NCBI GenBank assembly: GCA_051294905.1
Contig: CM119374.1
Location: forward strand, 19,468,001-19,532,000
DNA length: 64,000 nt
Reading direction: 5' to 3'
Source of the DNA: Botryllus schlosseri
Lineage: Eukaryota
Positions within the stretch are counted from its first letter, which is position 1, and each line of letters begins with the position of its first letter. The notes under the pieces are model-generated. The model was not told the origin of the DNA. It made no database searches and worked only from the letters and a program-made list of their open reading frames with translations. A program made the position numbers and the translations under genes. This document shows, piece by piece, positions 27,301-37,319 of this stretch.

Positions 27301-28478
27301 CCTTAACATAAACTTACTTCCAAACTAGACTTGTCCTCGTTGAAGCAAGAGAAGATAAGCCCGATAAACGTATCGTCCATCATCTGATACACAGCTTGAG
27401 TGTCAGTGTCTACGAGGTATTAAACATATGATTTCAACTGACATCTTGTTGCCAAGTAACAAAAAGACATCATCTCATTACCGACGTGTGAAGGCCAAAC
27501 TGTTATTTTCGGATGAGAGTGGTACCAACCGACGATGCGCATTCTTTTACCGTGCTGAAGAGACATCTCGTTTGGACGCAGTCAAGGAATAAAATCTCAC
27601 AGAAATGTTTGTTCGCATATCGAGCGATAGGGCAGACAAATTCATGTTATAGAGTGCAGTCTCTAAGACATAGGTCAAATTTGATATTATGATAATCGTA
27701 GTGAACAGAGAAAGTGTGACCGGAAACCCTTGATAATTCAATACCTGCATATAAGACTCATTCCTTACTAGCATGGCTGTGCACATCGGTTCCAGAACTA
27801 GAATCCGAGCATCACTAGTGATTAGTAGCGTAAGTGCATAGAATTACAAAATAATTGTGATGACGTGTGACAGGCATTGTTTTCCTTGTGGCCGCTAAAA
27901 ATAACACATTTTTGAACTTTCTAGGTCAATAATACTGAATGGAGTCACAATAGGTGGTGCTCGGTTCACCCAGGTGCGTAACACCCCTACCGTACTTCCG
28001 AGTTAGTCTCCAATGCTAACAAGATTTGACTCGGAATCGGATAATTGAGCAGTCAACCCCTTGTTGAATGACCTCCTGAGTATAAAAACACAAAAATCGA
28101 TGCCACACGAACCAATTTTTGTACGAGCTTTAATCACATCATGCAGGTGCACGACACTTGAAATTGCTACAACATTGAAAAAGGATATCTCGACTTTGGT
28201 CGAAGCGTTCGATAGTTGCTCGACGGATATTTCGACCCTGTCTTTCCGCTTGTCGAGTCTACGCAGCGACATTGTGGCCGTCACGTACACATCGCAGCCG
28301 GCTTCCTGGAATTTTCGATTTGTAAACAATGTAGAGAATGAACCCACGTTCGACTTACGGTTTCCACGACGTCTCCGATACAGAGGCCCATGACTTCTTC
28401 CTCTTCGTTGGAAAGCGCATGAGTGAGACAAGCGTAATGAGCGTCAGCTTCGAGCACAACAGCGCGCACCGATCCCAT
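24333..28478 (-). CDS. BRCC3: Lys-63-specific JAMM deubiquitinase BRCC36, 7 exons
   Basis: Phase-consistent exons at 28359-28478, 28189-28305, 27482-27569, 27318-27409, 26862-26920, 26555-26686 and 24333-24558. Motifs: HALSNEEEEVMGLCIG, RLDKRKDRVEISVEQLS, JAMM GWYHSHPKITVWPSHVD, QMMDDTFIGLIFSCF, ELPKIIMQEE and a C-terminal coiled coil. Confidence 0.95.
25532..26304. mobile_element. hAT-like MITE with GAGTC/GACTC subterminal repeats, in the last BRCC3 intron
   Basis: Termini CAGTGTTGGGAT and ATCCCAACACCG; degenerate 8-bp flanks GGTTGTCG/GATTCTCG (6/8 match). Confidence 0.7.
27570..28188 (-). other. BRCC3: U12-type (minor spliceosome) AT-AC intron, BRCC3 intron 2, 619 nt
   Basis: Donor ATATCCTTT; branch site TTCCTTGAC with 12 nt between the branch A and the 3' junction; terminal AC. 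Removing it joins ...STKVE|EMSLQHGKRMRIVGWYH in frame and colinear with BRCC36. Confidence 0.92.
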
Positions 28479-29127
28479 GGCAGTTGTGCAGTGTTGATTC
28501 GAAAACTTTAAAATCAAGCAAAACTGACAGCCGTATTTTGTAAGGCTGACATATTCACTCCATCGTAGTGCAGTCAAGTATTCTAAATACACCTGTAACC
28601 ATTTGAAAGCACAACAGCAAAGATCAGTACATATAACATGTTGTATCGTATGCCAAAAGAGGTTCTTTATCCATAATTTCGAGCTGTGAGTTGTGGATTT
28701 TCAAGGGTTTGTATATGCTACACAGTATCGATCATGAATAGTGCAACACATATATAATAATACCATAATTCCACCCGACACAGTCAACAAATACTACCGA
28801 CATTACAGAATCTTTTAAAGGCGTTCAAGTAGTCACCGAAATCCCAAGTAGGTGAAAAAGAGTGCTTGAATAGCGCTCCGAGTAGCCTTTGTAAGTACTT
28901 TACAACGATAACAACAAAACATTCATTCGCTGATAATTCAATTTACAAAATGCCCGGTATGTGATCATTCTATCTCTGGAACATCCTCCTATGATATTGA
29001 ATATCAACGGAGGTTCATTACCTTACAGCAATTAGAAACCAGATTGATAGGGAAAATGTGTGGGTAATTGAAAATTACATCGTTAGCCAGAAGAATCCAA
29101 ATTCCCACTTCGAGTAATTGTACCGTA

Positions 29128-30425
29128 CCGTAAACAGGGGTAACTTTGGACAATTTTCAACAATTCCGCTTTGTATCTCGGAAATGCTGGGGTGTAGGGG
29201 AGGCAAGTTTTGTGTTTTTTAGGGGTCATGGAGCATAGATTAGAATTACCTAATCCAAAATCTTCATGGTCATAAATAAGTAACTTATTTTTGTAAATTA
29301 TCCGTGTCCAAAGTTATCCCTGCATGTGGGGTAACTTTGGACAATGTAGTTTTTTGTATGCCTTTACACTCAATTGTTTATGAAACCTCGTAAATGAGGC
29401 GTATTTGGTAAGAGTTGATGAGAACAGTGGCTAAAACTGAAACAAAATAGTATATGTCCGGCCTATTGCATGATTTTTACCTAATCCCCCTCCCCCCCAA
29501 AAAAATATATATATAGGTAATTTATGAAGGCTAATGGGCCCTTATTCATCTCTTATCTCAATTTCCCTCATGCCTTCGCCAATTGGGACTTATAAATAAC
29601 GTATGGTGATAAGGGGTATCCCACTGGCAGTGTCAGCAATCGACAGCGAACGTTAAACATGTTAACGTGATTTATTGCCGATTTCAAATATATTACTGTT
29701 CTTTAAAAGATACACTTTCCCTTTCCTATCTCCTCTGATGGATATATTTGTCGAAATTTACGATATGCCGTATTCAGCAGGCGCATCTCTAGGAGTATGT
29801 GATAAGTTTTTGAAGTAGCTTACACCCGATTACAATCTCTCAGCTCATTGCCTACCAATTTTTTCATATTTTGGCTAACTCTAATTTATTAACCTTCTCA
29901 TTCCATTTTAAAAAGCCATCAGGCCGGTAATAAGGAATATAGTTGACCATACACTTCGACACACATGAAGCAGCCACTTTCCAGAGCTCTAAATATTACA
30001 TTTTCCACTGTCCAAAGTTACCCCGTTCTGATAAAATTTGACGGGGTAACTTTGGACATCACATTTCCTTGTATTGATCTAAGGGTGAGCCCACTGAAAT
30101 TTTTGCCATGGATTAAGACTGCTTAGAGGTATCTGCTGCCAAGTTTTCAATCTATGAATCAGATGCTATCTATGTTTGGTTGTAAGAAGTTTATTGGCCA
30201 TTAATTTTGATGAAATTGACCCCCGCCATTAATTTATCAATGTTGGGTCAAGTTTATATGGTAGTGAAATGAATCCACCTTCTATTGAGACTACTTGTGG
30301 TACTGTTGCCACATGAAAAAGAATTGGACATCCAGCGACAACCCTTTTCCATCAATAACCATTTAAATCTTTTCCTGCTTAGTGTCCAAAGTTACCCTTA
30401 AGTCCAAAGTTACCCCGGTTTACGG
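29128..30425. mobile_element. Tc1/mariner-superfamily (pogo/Tc2-like) non-autonomous element
   Basis: TIR CCGTAAAC(A/C)GGGGTAACTTTGGAC at both ends, TA flanks, and several internal copies of GGGGTAACTTTGGAC. Confidence 0.85.
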
Positions 30426-30795
30426 TACCACAGATTGCACTGCAAAACAGAAAAATAACGGCCAGCTACAAAATACCAGGATGCCGTCCCAGAATTTACA
30501 CACCCATGTCGTTTTGTTAAAAAATAATCAATTTCACGTCCATTTGCTATAGTATTGGGGCACTGGGAAATTTTATGTTTTGAAATGGTGAAATCTTTCA
30601 ATGGTGCAACACGGCCAGTTTGAAAATCCAATCATAATCATAGTCCTGCTGGAAGGATGGTAATTCGAAGGCGGTTGCATATCTGCTTTCATTTTTGCTC
30701 GCATTCATTCACACCTCACTCGCGTGTCAGTGCCACGTGAATCCACGGGCAACAGCTCGAAATCACCAGCTTCGGCAGCTTCATAGCCGTTCCTC

Positions 30796-31878
30796 TCATT
30801 CCTCCGAACGCAAAGCCTGGAGATGTTTATTAAGCTCTTGCGTTATCGCCTTAACAGTTTCCAGTATACGTTCTCTATCCTTCTCCGCCAGCCTATCGCC
30901 GCAACGCTGCTCGAATTTATCCGGATGCCATAACACAAGCTGCTTCACGATAGTCTTCTTCCTTTGCCCGTTGTTGCTCTCCGCGCTCAAATTGCTAAGC
31001 AAGACTTCCACCATCTCGGCGGCATTGCCCTGACACGGCCAGGGTATGTCGCGGAACCACAGTTTCGAGTCTGACGATTTCAAATCGGCTATTTTCTTTT
31101 CGTAACGTTGCCGTTTCTGCGCCATTACTTCCGTTTTCATCCGCTTGACTTGGGCAACACGATGGTCTTGGTCCCGCAGCAAGTGCGCCGCGATATCGTC
31201 CATTTCTTCTCTCCTCTTTCTGTGTTGGTATTCCTTTCGGCGTTTGCGATTTTTCATACCGATGTTTTTGCGTTGGTACTCTTGGAACATTCTGTCAGCC
31301 CATTGATCATAAGTTTGATAGTCATTTTCTACAGACGATGACGCAGTATATTTGCCTTCCGTCTCGTAATGGTCCGCTTCGGTTTCAGACTGGATTTTCC
31401 GCTTCCACTCCTCTTCCTTGTCCCATTTTTCTTGTATCTCATCCTCTTCTTCTTTTTCTAACTTCTTGAAGAGCTTGTATTTCTCCCTAGCTTTCAGCAA
31501 TATCCCAGAAGGCGTATCTCCGTTTTTGTTACTTTGCGATAATAATTCCGGGACTTTTCGTATTAAAGGCTCAATCAGCAACTTGTAGTCTTCGTAATTT
31601 CCGTCATCGTAGATAAACTGAGCCGCTATGTGTACTGGAGTGTCTCTATTTCGATCCAAGACGCTGCTTGAAGCGCCGTGCTTTAGAAGACAGCGTACTA
31701 CGGCGTCGTCACCCAGTAAACACGCAATATGCAACGGAGTTCGGCCGATATCGTTGACTTTGAAGTTTACATTGAAATTTTGTTTCGTCTTGCCGTTGAG
31801 CTTTTCCAGCAAGGTCTTCAACTTGAGTAGAGAGCCGCTTTGAACATGTTTGATTACTTTCCTCTGGTCGGGCCTCAT
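30796..31878 (-). CDS. NFKBIL1: NF-kappa-B inhibitor-like protein 1, single exon, 360 aa
   Basis: Ankyrin repeats (GRTPLHIACLLGD; DTPVHIAA), WADRMFQEY, IPWP, and the C-terminal LWHPDKFEQRCGDRL...ERILETVKAITQELN motifs of IkappaBL. Confidence 0.92.
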   Translation of the reverse strand: MRPDQRKVIKHVQSGSLLKLKTLLEKLNGKTKQNFNVNFKVNDIGRTPLHIACLLGDDAVVRCLLKHGASSSVLDRNRDTPVHIAAQFIYDDGNYEDYKLLIEPLIRKVPELLSQSNKNGDTPSGILLKAREKYKLFKKLEKEEEDEIQEKWDKEEEWKRKIQSETEADHYETEGKYTASSSVENDYQTYDQWADRMFQEYQRKNIGMKNRKRRKEYQHRKRREEMDDIAAHLLRDQDHRVAQVKRMKTEVMAQKRQRYEKKIADLKSSDSKLWFRDIPWPCQGNAAEMVEVLLSNLSAESNNGQRKKTIVKQLVLWHPDKFEQRCGDRLAEKDRERILETVKAITQELNKHLQALRSEE

Positions 31879-32230
31879 AGTACAGTCTAGCCACTCACTA
31901 ATCGATCTAGAGGACTAGGGCGCTAAAAATTAGGGTTCGATGAGTTATTAGAGCTACGGTATGTGAGTAGGCTACTCAATATGATATAATAGTCCTACAA
32001 GTAGCCCTACAGTGGCTGTAAATGACTATAAATGTTAAGGAAATAGTAATTTCACACCAAAAATATTCTACAGGCAAACATTGAAAAAAATGGTTGTTGT
32101 TGATCTGAATGGCATGCTACGTTATACTAAAACTAATCATAGCGAAATGACCATGAAGCGCGAGTAATTTTGCTTGGCGAGTTCATACAACTTTGACAAT
32201 GGATGTGACGTCGTTACAACATGACGGAAC

Positions 32231-33214
32231 GGTTGCCAGTGAACCCGTCCCTCGGTGAACTCGGCCCTCGATGAACTCGGCCCTCGGTGAATTCCGCCCT
32301 CAGGAAATTTTGAAATTAAGTGTATTAACAAGTATTAATATGAATTATTAAACTAATAATGTTATTATCAACTGATTTGTCGATCTTGTAAGGAGGTCAG
32401 GGCATGCGTAGATCACGCAGTCACGGAGTGATCAGATCACGTGATCACGATTGCGTGGTCGGCTCATTGTTGAATTGACTTGGCGAGGGGCGGACGTGCG
32501 ACATCCTCGTATCTGTTCATGACATCGCATTGGGTCTTATCGCATTGTATATTGTGTGTGACTTGTTCAGATGAAAAATATATCCCAACGATTGTTATTG
32601 CTCACATATCAACCACACGTGGTCAGCTCGTTATTGCAACTGTAGGTTGAGGTGGGGTGTTAGGGTTGGGTAGGGTGGGGGGGAGACATTAGGGTTCGGG
32701 GAGTGGGACACTGGGTTCGGGTAGGATACTAGGGTCGGGGGAGGGGGGATATTAGGGTTGGTGGAGGTGGGATATTAGGGTTAGGATATTAGGGTTGGGG
32801 GAGGGGGGATATTAGGGTTACGGTAGGATATTAGGGTTGCCGGAGGTGGGATATTAGGGTTAGGATATTAGGGTTGCCGGTGGGGGGACATCAGGGTTAG
32901 GGTTAGGATATTAGGGTAGCCGGAGGTGGGATATTAGGGTTGCCTGAGGTGGGATATTAGGATTGCGATTAGGGTTAGGATATTAGGGTTGCCGGTGGGG
33001 GGACATTAGGGTTAGGGTTAGGATATTAGGGTTCCCGGAGGTGGGATATTAGGGTTGCCGGTGGGGGGACATCAGGGTTGGGGTAGGATATTAGGGTTGC
33101 CGGAGGTGGGATATTAGGGTTGCCGGTGAATACAAAATTTCCCAAGGGCGGAATTCATCGAGGGCCGGGTTCACCGAGGGACGGGTTCACCGAGGGACGG
33201 GTTCACTGGTAATC
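32231..33214. mobile_element. Foldback-type non-autonomous transposon with modular 82-bp TIRs
   Basis: TIRs at 32231-32312 and 33133-33214, built from ~16-bp GTGAAC(C/T)CG(T/G)CCCTCG units. Direct flanking repeat GACGGAAC (8 bp; 9 bp GACGGAACG if the boundary is shifted by one base). Confidence 0.87.
32655..33126 (+). repeat. Telomere-like G-rich minisatellite (ATTAGGGTT core, about 20 variable units of 14-23 bp)
   Basis: Repeated GGATATTAGGGTTGCCGGAGGTG, GGATATTAGGGTTA and TTAGGGTTAGGGTTAGG units. Confidence 0.92.
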
Positions 33215-34338
33215 GACGGAACGCGGACCCAAATGGTAAAATTTGAAATTATACGTTTTTTTTCACATTGAATTCCCGTGATTGACAAATAGCACAGAAC
33301 AATCAACATTAGCACGAAGGATAGATCAATGAAATGCAGGCAATAGGCTATTACACACAATAAATTGGCAGGTCGCCAGCAGCCGCCAGGTATATATATT
33401 TCTTAGGCTGACCATAAACAATGTGGTGATTTACGGACGTTAGGGCCAGACCAGGGGTAGGTTAGGGTTTAGCAACGTTAGGGTTGAGAGGGGGGCATCT
33501 GGGTATTACTCAACTGGGATGCTGATAACCCCACCATGTCGTGTGTTTCGTCCCTTATTGGTCATTTGCAAGTTGAAATCGGACCTTGCCGATTTGCAAG
33601 ATTCTTGCCTATTTCTTGCAAGATAAATCCGTGCCTAATATTTCTTTATTACGGATGATATGGTATATCTTTTTTTAATCTAATAGTCATAGATTTCAAG
33701 TATAAACCAGATATAGCCGAATTCCAGGTACACAAAATACCTGCAAACATTGCCGAAACATGTTGGGTCCGAACAGGCAACTTGGAGGTTTTGCATTTGT
33801 CAATGTATAAGCCTACCCCGAATAATAATAATACAGTAACTTTCTTGCGGAATATAACTTATATAATTTCTGAGCCTAATAAATCACATCTTACATATAG
33901 AAACTCAATTACAAGCACACATATAACTGTGAGTAACAGTAACACTGCCTAGACCTAGACAAGACATACCGCGTCTCATCTGATCGCTGATTCACAATCG
34001 CAGTTAATATGTTATTGGTATACACTGGTACAGTAACTTATACTTTATTATGTACGATAATTTTTGGGATAATTACATTTTGGGAATGCAATAGTCATAC
34101 ATATTATACATCAACGGACCAGACGCAGCAGGTTCCCATATCGTAGAAAGTCGCAGACTAGATTTCTGACGGCGGTTTCTCCTCTTGGACTTTTGCTAAA
34201 GTGCACCACGTTCATTTAGTTGCATAGTAAACTGTTTTTGGGTATTCCCCCTCATTTTCATTCGTTTTCTGACTCTGGTTTGTATAGCATGTGAATCGTA
34301 TAGATATCCTTACCAGGAAAGATAACTCGTTCGGCATC

Positions 34339-35229
34339 ATGAACATAAGTGATGAGCTGCTTAATGCTGGAAATTCAGCCCCGTCTGAAGAAGACTTAGT
34401 GGAAATGTACAATAAGTTGCTGCAGACAGATCCTGAGAAAGCCAAAGACATTGAAGAAGCGACAAAGGCATTGCAAGAGAAGGTACTGCCTACTCCCGGG
34501 TGTTGTTTGAAAACCAAAAATGTAAAAAGCAACGAAAAAGTATTTATCAACGTATGCACTTCAAGTACAGTTCCTACGCCGCGAGACATCACAGAGAGAG
34601 AACTACAAGAACTGGTCGAGTCTATTGAGGACGAAAATGCTATCGTCGACTATCGAGTTCCAATGAGTATCGGCGAAGCTCATGCAGAGTTGGACAAGCA
34701 AAACAACGGCTGCTCTGTCTATGATGTTATTATTAATCCAGCTTACCTTGCGAAGATTCGCGGAAGCCAAGTATTCCTGGGATTTTTCATGAGTATCGTC
34801 ATAGAGGGCGTATATAACAAATATAATGTTGAACTGGATCGGAATTGGATTATGCTCAAGAGAAAGAAGTTTGTAGGAAGCCTGCAAGAACAGTACATGC
34901 GCACAAAGACTCTAATTCAAGAAATGCCCGGGACTTCACCTTCTGTTCACACACCCGCTGCGGAGAAGCCAAAATTCACAATACAGAAAGAGCCTGCGGA
35001 AGGACACCCGATGTTTTTGATAGCTGAAATAATGCTACCGAAAGCCATTAGGGCAAAAACGATTTCGTTAGATATCGGCGAAGACAGGCTTGTCATGACT
35101 GTGAAACCTTATTTATATGATTTGGACATCTTCCTACCATACAGACTCGTGCAAAACCAGTGTGGCTCACAATTCAACGTCAAAACTAAAGTTCTTACTG
35201 TAACAATGCCTGTGCAACAGCCTTCATAG
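34339..35229 (+). CDS. PIH1D1: PIH1 domain-containing protein 1 (R2TP co-chaperone), single exon
   Basis: PTPGCCLKT...KVFINVC...YRVPMSIGEAHAELDK...YDVIIN PIH1 domain plus a C-terminal CS domain (LDIGEDRLVM). First ATG at 34339; the ORF track starts at an upstream GTG. Confidence 0.93.
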   Translation: MNISDELLNAGNSAPSEEDLVEMYNKLLQTDPEKAKDIEEATKALQEKVLPTPGCCLKTKNVKSNEKVFINVCTSSTVPTPRDITERELQELVESIEDENAIVDYRVPMSIGEAHAELDKQNNGCSVYDVIINPAYLAKIRGSQVFLGFFMSIVIEGVYNKYNVELDRNWIMLKRKKFVGSLQEQYMRTKTLIQEMPGTSPSVHTPAAEKPKFTIQKEPAEGHPMFLIAEIMLPKAIRAKTISLDIGEDRLVMTVKPYLYDLDIFLPYRLVQNQCGSQFNVKTKVLTVTMPVQQPS

Positions 35230-37319
35230 ATATATTATCACAAATTTTGTACTTATTTACGAATGTGTTCCACTTGGAAGCCTACCCATTACTAGCGCTG
35301 GGCGATTCGAGTAATGATCTCTGATTTATACATGTAGGCTTTTGAGTACCTTTAACACCTGTTTTACCGTTTGAATTATTTTTCAAACAAGGCTTGCAAA
35401 TTTGTGATTTGCAAATTTCCAGACAATTGTGCGCGCTATGGCATGTTATGAAAGTCCAAGGTTGCTCACGTCATGCAGAGTAACTCAGAACCCCAGAAAA
35501 TCATCGCCACAAGACTGACAGTTGCAGATGACCGCAGGAGCTTGAAGCGCTGTATGTCATATTCATTAGTAGCTTATGGGCGAATTGTGTTTGTAGCAAC
35601 TCATTTTTCGGTTCACAATTGGACTGCAAGGTTGTTTTATAAGTACGACACGGACCAATCAATAACTTTATCCAGCCCTGCAGTTGCCAACAGAGGAGAT
35701 GGCTTGCTAGGAAACTCGCAAAGAATTGTTTCAGCATATGCTAGTCAGATATTTCTTTCTTCTGTAGTAACACATATCTCATCTCAACATAGTCCTATAC
35801 CTTTATTTTGAAGAGTTGGCCCCAAATACAGGTGTTTGCTATATTGGACCAGTTTCTGGTCAGGTTTGAAGCAATAGGTTGGAAGTCACTGCTTTAAAAG
35901 ACATCGGTACATCATATTATGCATCATTTCTAATACAAAACAGCATTCAAAGTACCCTCTCTTCATTTTCAATTTTTTCTTTTATCACACAAATCTCTTT
36001 GGATGGATTTTTATCTTGCCATGTCGCCATGAGTTTGCTCGACAATCTTGGTTTGCGGCAGGGTTGTAATGACTTGAGTTGCATCGCGACTCGACTTGTG
36101 CGCATGACTCAAGACTGGGTCTACCAAGACAGGCATTTCATCGTAGTAAAGTTATCACACTATTTTGTTAGTTTGCCTATCATTACTGGTACTTGAATAT
36201 GCTACCAAAACCAGAAATATTATGAATACGAAGCTATCGATATCACCGAGCAGAGTTGTAAAAAGCTGGTTACACGTGACATAATTTCGGAACTGATCAG
36301 TCAACCTCATGACTTGGTTACAACCCTGGTGTGCGGTATAACATATATTATATCAATACCAGCATCTCTATCTATCCCTGCATATGCATACTACAACATC
36401 GCAAATCAGAAACATCAGGTAGAGAATCATTGTATCAAGAGCACACAAAAAGCCGTCAATTTATCATCAAGGCATTGCAATAAGACTTGCATTTGAAGGG
36501 CAAATAGACGGTCCTTATTCGAAACCAAGAAGTGTTGTAACCTGTTCACGTGTCCGCACGAAGTGCACATGTCAAACTTGATTGAAATTGCGCAGCTTGA
36601 CAGAATAATGGCACCAAATATCTCGAGTAACAGTTACTTATACGAACCTACTCAAAGGAATATATCAAATTGAATTGCTTTTCCCTGTCAGTACCTTCGA
36701 GTAGACCACATAAAAGATGTTCACAATTTTGAATAAACACAAGAATGAAATGCAAAAATCACTACATGTACAAATTCATACCATAGTAAACGAAGCAAGT
36801 CATGGACTCGTGATCTATTTGTACAACGCAGGGTATTCTGATTGAATTTTCGTGACACAAGATGCCTTTTTTTGAGGGCGGATGTATTTGAAGACCACAA
36901 TTTCGGGTAGAATGTCATGGCAGGGAGATTCAATTTGTAAAAATTTAAATCAAACAGATGATTAACGCAGCAGTTATACAAATGTCACAGTCACCGACAC
37001 TCAATAAATGGCGAGTTGTAGAGGATGATGTTGGCTGTGCGGGGATTATACGCCAACTTTCAAGCAAAATTTCTACAGGAAAAACGCCAATTCGTTCGAC
37101 AAAGTCCTCCTCTCCTCGTCATGAACAAATTTGCAGAGACTGTAATAAACTCAGCCAAACAAAATAACATCAACATACCTAATCCCGTGTCTACCATAAA
37201 TGTCTCAGAAAGATCACAAGCGAACACAACAGCATTGACAGTACTGAGCATTGAGCGATCAATTTACAAACAGCATCATAAGGCAAACAATGCTCACATC
37301 GCAAAAGAAATACTAGTAA

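Noticed and set aside
32655-33126. Repeat array considered as CRISPR or a true telomere
   Set aside because: No unique spacers or cas genes in a eukaryotic context; the array is degenerate, internal and bounded by TIRs, so it is not a chromosome end.
34303-34313. ATATCCTTA (U12-donor-like) in the PIH1D1 5' region
   Set aside because: No downstream U12 branch site plus AC, and the CDS is continuous; likely chance.
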